IMG/VR virus record: IMGVR_UViG_3300046832_000578
Direction: 5' to 3' (one strand)
DNA length: 64,000 nt
Source: a virus
This document shows positions 9,447-17,764 of the stretch, one piece after another. Under the pieces are notes generated by a model, which was given only the letters and a program-made list of their open reading frames with translations, was not told where the DNA came from and searched no databases. Position 1 is the first letter of the stretch, and each line of letters begins with the position of its first letter. The translations under genes and the position numbers were made by a program.

Positions 9447-9458
9447 AAGTGAGATTAA

Positions 9459-10037
9459 ATGTTAGAAGAAATTATACCATTTGCAACTAAAATTTATGTG
9501 TATAGAGTGACACAACCATATAAACACTTGGTTGAAAATATTAAACAACTTAGAGATAGTATTCCAGATGAACACAACATTGGAGCGTCCAATCGTGGTG
9601 GGTGGCAGAGTAAGTATTTTGACTATGGAACACAAGAATGGATTAAAGATATTTTACATGAAATAGCACCACAAGTTACAAAAATTTATAAAGACTATGG
9701 AATAAAACGAGATGTTAAATTAGGTAATTATTGGTTTAACATCAATAAAAAATATGATTATAACATCGCCCATTCTCACCCATGGACTAACATTGTTGGG
9801 GTTCTTTATATAAAAGTGCCAAAGGATAGTGGAGTTCTTAAATTAGTTAGACCTGATGAATGCCAAGAATGGTTAGTTCCAGACGAATTGTCTGAAATTA
9901 ATGCTGGTAACTTTGGAATTGTTCCAGAAGAAGGAATGTTAGTTTTATTCCCAGCATATCTTAAACATTATGTGGAACAGAATAGAACCGAAGACGAGAA
10001 TGACGAAAGAATATCCATATCATTTAATTTTAATTGA
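9459..10037 (+). CDS. Putative 2OG-Fe(II) oxygenase (TIGR02466-like)
   Basis: SNRGGWQS, WFNIN...HSHPWTNIVGVLYI...LFPAYLKHYV...RISISFN. Confidence 0.85.
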   Translation: MLEEIIPFATKIYVYRVTQPYKHLVENIKQLRDSIPDEHNIGASNRGGWQSKYFDYGTQEWIKDILHEIAPQVTKIYKDYGIKRDVKLGNYWFNINKKYDYNIAHSHPWTNIVGVLYIKVPKDSGVLKLVRPDECQEWLVPDELSEINAGNFGIVPEEGMLVLFPAYLKHYVEQNRTEDENDERISISFNFN

Positions 10038-10045
10038 GAAATATT

Positions 10046-10630
10046 ATGAAACAACAAATACCAAATACTACATGGGGTTTAGAAGTAGATACAGTTTCCA
10101 GGTGGGCATATGCTGAAGGTTTATTTACTAATGAAGAGTGTGATCAGATAATAAAACTTGGATATGAATATGAGTTAACTAAATCAGTGACTATTGGTGC
10201 AAGTTCTGAATATAGAGATAGTAGATCGGTCTTTCTAGAACCAAATCCAGATACAAGTTGGATTTATAAAAGACTCACAGATGCTGTTATGGAACTTAAC
10301 TCCAAATTCTTTAATTTTGATTTATTCGGCTTTACTGAAGGATTGCAGTTTACTGAGTATACCGCTCCAGGCGGAAAATATAACCCTCATATTGATAAAC
10401 TATACCTAAAATCTATCAGGAAACTTTCCATTACAGTTCAATTGACAGATCCAAATGAATATGAAGGTGGAGATTTTGAAATACTTGATGAGGTTCCAGG
10501 AGAAAAATTAAAAAGAACTCGTGGAACTTTACTAGCATTTCCAAGTTATACTTTACATGCAGTTACTCCAGTAACTAAGGGAACTAGAAACAGTCTAGTT
10601 AGTTGGATTAGTGGTAAACCTTTTAGATAA
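10046..10630 (+). CDS. 2OG-Fe(II) oxygenase, prolyl 4-hydroxylase/PKHD type
   Basis: FTNEECDQII, LQFTEY, YNPHID, RKLSITVQL, YEGGDF, FPSYTLHAVTPVTKGTRNSLVSW. Confidence 0.9.
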   Translation: MKQQIPNTTWGLEVDTVSRWAYAEGLFTNEECDQIIKLGYEYELTKSVTIGASSEYRDSRSVFLEPNPDTSWIYKRLTDAVMELNSKFFNFDLFGFTEGLQFTEYTAPGGKYNPHIDKLYLKSIRKLSITVQLTDPNEYEGGDFEILDEVPGEKLKRTRGTLLAFPSYTLHAVTPVTKGTRNSLVSWISGKPFR

Positions 10631-10632
10631 CT

Positions 10633-10655
10633 AAGACCCTCTTCGGAGGGTTTTT
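10633..10655 (+). terminator. Intrinsic terminator with UUCG loop
   Basis: ACCCTC-ttcg-GAGGGT followed by a T run. Confidence 0.8.
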
Positions 10656-10682
10656 GTTATTAGAAGTTGCAGTCTCTGGTAT

Positions 10683-10690
10683 TATAAATA
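10683..10690 (+). promoter_or_regulatory. T4-type late promoter TATAAATA
   Basis: Exact T4 gp55 consensus upstream of the virion gene block. Confidence 0.75.
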
Positions 10691-10718
10691 AGATGTATAG
10701 AATTTATTGGATTCCAGA

Positions 10719-11054
10719 ATGGCAACTATTAGCAATCTTTATGTGGACGCTGGAGCGACATACAGTAATATCATCACTGTAACTGCAGCCAATGGTCAGG
10801 CACTGAATCTGGCTGGGTACACTGTCGCTTCTCAAATCAGAAAATCCTACCAATCAAGCGTTGCATATGCTTTTACTGCATCTATATACGATGCTGCAAC
10901 TGGTAAAATCCGATTACAATTAACAAGTGGTCAATCCGAAGCCATTCCTGCGGGAAGATGGCTGTACGATGTAGAGATTACTTCTTCTTCTGGGACAAAA
11001 ACCAGAGTCGTGGAAGGTATCGTAACAGTAAATCCTCAAATTACTCAAATATAA
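10719..11054 (+). CDS. Conserved T4-like virion/baseplate-associated protein
   Basis: MATISNLYVDAGATYS...LNLAGYTVASQIRKSY...GRWLYDVEI...TRVVEGIVTVNP, a family common in aquatic T4-like phages. Confidence 0.7.
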   Translation: MATISNLYVDAGATYSNIITVTAANGQALNLAGYTVASQIRKSYQSSVAYAFTASIYDAATGKIRLQLTSGQSEAIPAGRWLYDVEITSSSGTKTRVVEGIVTVNPQITQI

Positions 11055-11056
11055 TT

Positions 11057-11311
11057 ATGGCAGAAATAACAGCAGTCGTAAACCCAGATGAGGCATTAAC
11101 AGTTGCCGTGTCAGAAGGCACATATGTGCTTAACACTTCAACGAATTTGGCTAATCCAGCCGTAGTAGAATCAGTTTCTAATATCGCAGATGTCGATGTA
11201 ACTACAAACGGACAAGTAAATGGATCAGTTTTAGTCTATAAAACAACAACAAATAAATGGACTTCCACTACAATTCTTGATGCGCAAGATGTAACTGGTG
11301 GACAATATTAA
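11057..11311 (+). CDS. Small virion-associated hypothetical protein
   Basis: Start moved to ATG 11057; DVDV...NGSVLVY...KW and terminal GGQY motif shared with fibre proteins. Confidence 0.6.
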   Translation: MAEITAVVNPDEALTVAVSEGTYVLNTSTNLANPAVVESVSNIADVDVTTNGQVNGSVLVYKTTTNKWTSTTILDAQDVTGGQY

Positions 11312-11325
11312 CGGAGAAATAAAAG

Positions 11326-14130
11326 ATGGCATCAATAATTAGAATAAAAAGATCGACCACAGCAGGGAATCCAACAACGCTTGGTGCTGGTGAGTTAGCG
11401 TATTCAGCACTTACCAATAACGACTCTAATGGTGGTGATCGTTTATACATTGGTATCGGTACAGAAACTGCTGGCGATGCAGCAAACCATATAGTTATTG
11501 GTGGTAAATACTTTACTGATTTACTGGATCATACTCGTGGTACACTAACTGCATCTTCTGCTTTAGTCGTTGACGCATCAAGTAAATTAGATAACCTTAA
11601 AGTTGATAACCTCGACTTAAATGGCAACACAATTAGCACTACGGACAGTAATGGCAATTTAGTTCTTGCTCCAAATGGTACTGGTGCAGTTAGTCTAACT
11701 TCTACTAATGCAGCAAGCAGCACTACTACTGGCGCATTAATTGTTGCAGGTGGTGTTGGTATCGCTGGTGCGTTGTATGTTGGTTCTTCAATTAGTGCTC
11801 AATCTGCTACATTCTCGAGTATTAACAATACTCCTATTGGTAATAGTACTCCAAGTACTGGCGCATTTACTGTGTTAGATACAGATAACATTAGAATTGA
11901 TGGTAACACTATCTCTTCTACTGATACCAACGGTAATATTACTCTAACTCCAAATGGCACTGGTAAATTAGTTCTTAATAATGTTTACATTAATGGAACA
12001 TCAGACACTCTTGCTGAGTTCATTTATGACACAGTCGGTGGCGCAGTAACTGGTGGTAATGGTATTGATATTACAAATTCTGATGGTGGTAATACTTCTA
12101 CAGTTGCTGTAAATACTGAATACATTCAAGATCTTGTTGGAGATATGATTTCTTCTAACACTGAATCTGGAATCTCAGTAACATATGACGACACAAATGG
12201 TAAGCTAGATTTTAATGTAAATGATCCTACTATTACTATTGATGGTGATGTAGACGGTAACGCTACAATGACCAACTTAGGTAACACAACTATTACAGTT
12301 ACCTTAGATACAGTAAATAGCAATGTCGGACAGTTTGGTTCTAGTACAGCAATACCAATTGTTACTGTTAATGGTAAAGGTCTTGTTACTGCTGTAAGCA
12401 CAGCTTCAATCACAACTTCTCTTGGTATTGCAGCCGACGCTGGTCAAGGCTCAGACACTATCGCTCTTGCCACTGATACATTAACATTCGCTGGCGGTGA
12501 AGGTATTGATACTTCTATCAATGCTTCTACAAATACTGTTACTATTTCTGGTGAAGATGCATCAACATCTAACAAAGGTGTAGCATCCTTCGCTGATGCA
12601 GACTTTAATGTATCTTCAGGTGCAGTTGAATTAAAAGATACAGTTGTCAAATCTGTTACAACAGACTCTGGCGCACTAACTCCTTCTACTCATAGTTTTT
12701 CTATTCTTGGTGGCGAAGGTATTGATGTAACTCACGCAGGTTCAACAATTACCGTTGCTGGTGAAGATGCATCTACATCCAATAAAGGTGTGGCATCTTT
12801 TGCTGATGCGAACTTTACTGTAAGCAGTGGTGCTGTTTCTACTAAAAATATTACTCTTGGTTCTTCAACACTAACCAATGGTTCTACAACTACATCTATT
12901 GCTGGAATAACAGAACTTACTGTAGATAATTTAAATTTTAATGGTAATACAATTACCTCATCAGATACCAATGGCGATATTATTTTATCCCCAAATGGTA
13001 CTGGTAAAGTTGATGTTTCTGGTTCTATTATTACAGGATTAAATGAACCTGTAAATGCTACTGATGCAGCAACAAAGAACTATGTTGATACTGTTGCTGA
13101 AGGTTTGCATGTTCACGAAGCTGCGCATTGTGCAACCACTAACACTCTTGCAGTTCTTTCTGGTGGTACTGTAACATATAACAATGGCACTTCTGGTGTA
13201 GGCGCAACACTTACTCTTTCTGCTGGTTTATCAGCGATTGACGGACATACATTAGTTAATGGCGATCGTATTCTTGTTAAGAATCAAGCAACTCAAGCCC
13301 ATAACGGTATGTATGTCCGTACCAGTGCGACAGTTCTTACTCGTGCCTCTGATTTTGACACTGCTGCTGAAATTGGTGGTGGTGACTTTACTTTCGTTGA
13401 AAATGGTACTACATATGGAAACACTGGTTGGGTTCAGACAGTTGAAGTATTAACTGTTGGTACAGATAATATTATCTGGCAACAGTTCTCTGGTACTGGT
13501 ACATTTACTGCTGGTTCTGGTTTAACAATCGCTGGTACAGAGTTCAATGTAGGTGGTACTGCAGATAGAATTACAGTAAATCCTGATAGTATTGATATTG
13601 CATCAACATATGTTGGTCAATCAACTATTACAACATTAGGTACAATCGGTACTGGTGTTTGGCAGGGTACTATTATTGCTGGTGAGTATGGCGGTACTGG
13701 TGTAAATAACTCTGGTAAAACTATTACTCTTGGTGGTAGTTTTACTCACACTGGTGCTCATAGTCTTGGTTTAACTACTACTGCTAATACTAGCATTACT
13801 CTACCAACAACTGGTACTGTTGCTACTCTAGCTGGTACTGAAACATTTACTAATAAAACTATTACTGGTGCAACTATTACCACTGGTAGTATTAACAATA
13901 CTCCAATTGGTGCTTCTACTGCAAATACTGGTGCGTTTACAACTCTTGCAGCTTCTGGAGCAGTAACACTTACTTCTGCCACTGACGCTACTAACTTAAC
14001 CACTGCAGCAGTTGTTCTTTCTGGTGGTTTGGCTGTTACTAAATCAATGTTTGTTGGTATAAATATTACTGGTGCTGGTGCAGGAACATCTACTCTCGAT
14101 GGATTTAACATCGATGGTGGCACTTATTAA
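11326..14130 (+). CDS. Long tail fibre-like structural protein with internal repeats
   Basis: IRIKRS...LGAGELAYS N-terminus; 3x DN.r.dGNTI.stdtNG.i.L.PNGTG; 2x GEDASTSNKGVASFADA; DAATKNYVD; GDRILVKNQ...NG.Y; ends IDGGTY. Confidence 0.8.
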   Translation: MASIIRIKRSTTAGNPTTLGAGELAYSALTNNDSNGGDRLYIGIGTETAGDAANHIVIGGKYFTDLLDHTRGTLTASSALVVDASSKLDNLKVDNLDLNGNTISTTDSNGNLVLAPNGTGAVSLTSTNAASSTTTGALIVAGGVGIAGALYVGSSISAQSATFSSINNTPIGNSTPSTGAFTVLDTDNIRIDGNTISSTDTNGNITLTPNGTGKLVLNNVYINGTSDTLAEFIYDTVGGAVTGGNGIDITNSDGGNTSTVAVNTEYIQDLVGDMISSNTESGISVTYDDTNGKLDFNVNDPTITIDGDVDGNATMTNLGNTTITVTLDTVNSNVGQFGSSTAIPIVTVNGKGLVTAVSTASITTSLGIAADAGQGSDTIALATDTLTFAGGEGIDTSINASTNTVTISGEDASTSNKGVASFADADFNVSSGAVELKDTVVKSVTTDSGALTPSTHSFSILGGEGIDVTHAGSTITVAGEDASTSNKGVASFADANFTVSSGAVSTKNITLGSSTLTNGSTTTSIAGITELTVDNLNFNGNTITSSDTNGDIILSPNGTGKVDVSGSIITGLNEPVNATDAATKNYVDTVAEGLHVHEAAHCATTNTLAVLSGGTVTYNNGTSGVGATLTLSAGLSAIDGHTLVNGDRILVKNQATQAHNGMYVRTSATVLTRASDFDTAAEIGGGDFTFVENGTTYGNTGWVQTVEVLTVGTDNIIWQQFSGTGTFTAGSGLTIAGTEFNVGGTADRITVNPDSIDIASTYVGQSTITTLGTIGTGVWQGTIIAGEYGGTGVNNSGKTITLGGSFTHTGAHSLGLTTTANTSITLPTTGTVATLAGTETFTNKTITGATITTGSINNTPIGASTANTGAFTTLAASGAVTLTSATDATNLTTAAVVLSGGLAVTKSMFVGINITGAGAGTSTLDGFNIDGGTY

Positions 14131-14136
14131 AGCGAA

Positions 14137-14143
14137 CTAAATA
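14137..14143 (+). promoter_or_regulatory. Late promoter-like CTAAATA followed by a hairpin
   Basis: CTAAATA, then GGTGGG-tgtaatt-CCCACC stem-loop, upstream of 14211. Confidence 0.5.
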
Positions 14144-14210
14144 CATGGTGGGTGTAATTCCCACCCCAGTATATACTGGTTGTTTTAAATTCTACATAGA
14201 ATAGGTTATT

Positions 14211-14867
14211 ATGGCTAACACAGTCGTTCTCAAACGAAGTGCCGTTCAAGGCAAAACTCCAACTACAGGCGATCTTGCGCTTGGCGAGTTAGCATTAAAC
14301 ACATACGATGGTAACCTATTCTTCAAAAAAGACAGTGGAACTGCTTCCATTATGTCTGTTGCCACTCTTACTGGCACACAAACCCTAACAAACAAAACTC
14401 TTACCAGTCCAACTGTCAATAGTGCAACTGCAAATAATCTTACACTTACTGGCACTTTAACTGCTGGTGGTGGTGCAGGTACTAATGGACAAGTGCTTGT
14501 TTCTACTGGAACTGGTGTTCAGTGGACAACTCAAAGTGTTTCAACATTAGATAGCTTGTCAGATGTTGTAATTAGTTCTCCAGCATCAGATCAAGTTCTT
14601 AAATATAATGGATCTGTCTGGGTAAACGCTGAATCAGATCAAGCAGTTGCTTCTGCAGTTTTTGCAGCAAACGCTGAATCAGATTTAGGATTAGTAACCG
14701 ATCTTGTTATAACTTTATCAGAAGATCTTGGTTTGGTCACTGATGTACCAGCTGAGTATATTTACAACATGGGTTCTCTAGTTGTAGATGGTATTGTATC
14801 GCTAAGTAACTTAGATCAATCTGTTAAAGCAGATTATATTTCTTATGCAATTATTTTTGGATTCTAA
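14211..14867 (+). CDS. Tail fibre-related structural protein
   Basis: LKRSAVQGKTP...LALGELALNTYDGNLF N-terminus, TLTGTQTLTNKTLTSP, LSDV...QVLKYNGSVWVN modules. Confidence 0.75.
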   Translation: MANTVVLKRSAVQGKTPTTGDLALGELALNTYDGNLFFKKDSGTASIMSVATLTGTQTLTNKTLTSPTVNSATANNLTLTGTLTAGGGAGTNGQVLVSTGTGVQWTTQSVSTLDSLSDVVISSPASDQVLKYNGSVWVNAESDQAVASAVFAANAESDLGLVTDLVITLSEDLGLVTDVPAEYIYNMGSLVVDGIVSLSNLDQSVKADYISYAIIFGF

Positions 14868-14877
14868 AGGATCATAA

Positions 14878-17739
14878 ATGGCTCGTCAGCTTATTGAAAA
14901 ATACATTTTTACACCTGGAGCAGCAAATGCTGGCACAGTAAAATTTCCAGGTAAAGTTGATGAAACTCAACTATTAATTATCACAAACAAAACCACTCAA
15001 GAGAATATTTACGCTCTTGGTGATCCAACTCGTTCTGGATCTTTGGTATATGATTCTTTAGACAGCACAACTTTCTTTTCAGAACAAGATGGTGTTACAA
15101 CAGTAACTCTAGCAAAAGATACATCTTCGATGCTATCTACACACAAGATAGCAGTTTATACAGACGCACCAAAATCTCAAGGTAATATTGTTCGTCCATA
15201 TGCTTTTGGTGTAGATGCTATTGAAAGAATTCGTATTTCAAATCCACAATCACTAATTGATGCTGACTTTGAATATGGTTTGCAAACCACAAAGTGGCAG
15301 AACTATGCAGAGATTCGTGGTGTTCCTGGAATTTATGAAAAACCTGGACTTGATATTTTCTTGTCTGGAGTTACAACCAATGGTGCTTCACCATCAACAA
15401 TCACCGTAACAACTTCTGTTGCGCATGGACTGTCGGTAAATGATGCAGTTATTATTTACGGTCTTGGTAATACCAGCACATCTGGTCGTGCCGAAGGTGC
15501 GTTTGTTATCGCCAGTGTTCCAACATCAACTACATTTACATACTTTGCCAAAGGTATCGTTGGTACAAATGCTCTGTCTTTATTTACTGGTATTACCTAT
15601 GCTCGTCGTGGTGGATTTTATACTGGTTCTTCACTACCAATTTCTTCAGTATCATCTAATGAAGCAAATCCATCTGTCATAACAGTAACTTGTTCTGCCA
15701 ATCATGGTCTAGTTCCAGGTGCTCCATTGGTTGGTATTGCATCTTCTGCTGGAACAAACCACGGATTATTAACTGGTAACTTTCTGGCAGAAACAGTTCC
15801 AACTGCCACTACATTTACATTTACTGCTCGTGTTGGTGGCGCAGTGGCTTCTGCTGGTATTACTATGACAATGTTTACTCGTTCTGATGCTTATGTATTA
15901 CATCGCCCATTTGATGGTGGTGTAACACTATCAAATTTTGTACCATCTCATGGTGCATCGATTTCTCGTCAGACTAAAAAGTACATGCGTTATCAATCAG
16001 GTAAAGGTGTTCTTTGGTCTTCAGGTGTTTCGTTAAACCCTGTTATTAACCTTGATCAAATTTCTGCTTCTGGAACTACTCCAGGTTCTTTAATTACTGT
16101 GACTACAGAATTAGATCATTCACTACAAGTTGGTGCGACTGTGCTTATTTCAGGTGTTGTTACATCAGGATATAATGGCACATATGGTGTTAATACAATC
16201 ACTGGAGAAAATACTTTTACTGTTATTGCATCTGGAACTTTAGGATCTGCCAGTGCAGTTATTACAAATATTCCTCGTGTAACAGTTAAGAATTGGCATG
16301 GTGCATCCGTTCGTGTTGGTCCATTTGATGATCAAAACGGATTGTTCTGGGAGTATGATGGACAAGAATTAGCAGTTGTTAAACGATCTGGTACATTTCA
16401 GTTGTCTGGTTTTATTGCAGTAACCGCAGCATCTCAAACAGTTACTGGAACAAGCACTCGTTTCACACAACAATTAAAAGTTGGTGATAATATTATTATT
16501 CGTGGTATGACTTATAAAGTTGGTAGTATTGCAAGTGATACTTCACTAACTATTAATCCAGAATATCGTGGTGTTAATAATTCATCTGGTATTAAGATGG
16601 CAGCTGTTATTGATAATCGTGTACCACAATCTCAATTTAATATTGACAAAGTAGATGGCACTGGCATTTCAGGTTACAACATGAACCTCAACAAAATGCA
16701 AATGTTGGGTATTTCATTCTCATGGTATGGTGCTGGTTTCGTTGACTTTATGTGTCGTGGTCCAGATGGAAACATGATGCTTGTTCATCGTATGAAACAA
16801 AATAATATTAACGATGAAGCGTATATGCGTACTGGTAATACGGCAGTTCGTTATCAAACAATTAATGAATCTGTTATTGGTCGTTTAGATGAAGACTTAG
16901 ATAATAGCGAAACAAGTATTGATATACTCGATGCTTCTAGATTTCCAGCTGCAGGTGGTACAATATTAATCGGTAATGAAGTTATTCCTTATACTGGTAA
17001 ATCTGGTAATACGCTAACTGGATGTACTCGTGGTGGCAGTTTTACAATGTTTATTGGTGGTGCCAATAGAACATTTACTGGTGGTGCTGCAGCATCACAT
17101 AGTAAAAACAATGGGTTTACTTCTGTGACTTTAATTAGTTGTACTGCAGCACCACAGTTAAATCACTGGGGTTCATCATACATCTTAGATGGCGGATTTG
17201 ATACAGATCGTGGTTACTACTTTAACTATGCAGAATTAAAAGTTGCTGTTACTGGTAATACTTCAAAAACAGCATTCTTTATTCGACTAGCACCATCAGT
17301 TTCAAACTCAATTGCAGGACAATTCGGAGATCGAGATCTAATCAATCGTTCTCAATTGCTTCTACAAAAATTACAACTTCAATCAGATAAGTCTGTGCAA
17401 GTTTATGGTATTTTAAATCCAGGAAATATTGATGCGTCATCGCTAACTTGGTCATCAGTTAATACTGTAGCACTTGGTTCACAACCATCGTTTGCTCAGA
17501 TTTCTACAAGTAATACTACAACCGCAACTCCTGGAGAACAGATTTTCTCCACACTTGGACCACCAGCTGGTTTTGCTGAGATTGATTTATCAACTCTTAA
17601 AGAATTATCTAACTCTGCCATTGGTGGTTTTAGTAACTTCCCAGATGGTCCCGATGTCTTGGCAGTTGTTATTAACAATCTTTCTGCAACAGCTGCTGAA
17701 GTTAACTTGAACTTATTCTGGTCTGAAGCACAAGCATAA
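14878..17739 (+). CDS. Large virion structural protein (baseplate/tail-associated)
   Basis: 953 aa; SNPQSLIDADFEYGLQ.TKW, three TVT..HGL repeats, RQTKKY.RYQSGKG, HWGSSYILDG; a type seen in aquatic T4-like phages. Confidence 0.75.
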   Translation: MARQLIEKYIFTPGAANAGTVKFPGKVDETQLLIITNKTTQENIYALGDPTRSGSLVYDSLDSTTFFSEQDGVTTVTLAKDTSSMLSTHKIAVYTDAPKSQGNIVRPYAFGVDAIERIRISNPQSLIDADFEYGLQTTKWQNYAEIRGVPGIYEKPGLDIFLSGVTTNGASPSTITVTTSVAHGLSVNDAVIIYGLGNTSTSGRAEGAFVIASVPTSTTFTYFAKGIVGTNALSLFTGITYARRGGFYTGSSLPISSVSSNEANPSVITVTCSANHGLVPGAPLVGIASSAGTNHGLLTGNFLAETVPTATTFTFTARVGGAVASAGITMTMFTRSDAYVLHRPFDGGVTLSNFVPSHGASISRQTKKYMRYQSGKGVLWSSGVSLNPVINLDQISASGTTPGSLITVTTELDHSLQVGATVLISGVVTSGYNGTYGVNTITGENTFTVIASGTLGSASAVITNIPRVTVKNWHGASVRVGPFDDQNGLFWEYDGQELAVVKRSGTFQLSGFIAVTAASQTVTGTSTRFTQQLKVGDNIIIRGMTYKVGSIASDTSLTINPEYRGVNNSSGIKMAAVIDNRVPQSQFNIDKVDGTGISGYNMNLNKMQMLGISFSWYGAGFVDFMCRGPDGNMMLVHRMKQNNINDEAYMRTGNTAVRYQTINESVIGRLDEDLDNSETSIDILDASRFPAAGGTILIGNEVIPYTGKSGNTLTGCTRGGSFTMFIGGANRTFTGGAAASHSKNNGFTSVTLISCTAAPQLNHWGSSYILDGGFDTDRGYYFNYAELKVAVTGNTSKTAFFIRLAPSVSNSIAGQFGDRDLINRSQLLLQKLQLQSDKSVQVYGILNPGNIDASSLTWSSVNTVALGSQPSFAQISTSNTTTATPGEQIFSTLGPPAGFAEIDLSTLKELSNSAIGGFSNFPDGPDVLAVVINNLSATAAEVNLNLFWSEAQA

Positions 17740-17742
17740 ATA
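17735..17742 (+). promoter_or_regulatory. Late promoter-like CATAAATA
   Basis: TAAATA box upstream of the fibre gene at 17765, with GAGG SD. Confidence 0.45.
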
Positions 17743-17764
17743 TACAAAATAGAGGAATTTTTAA

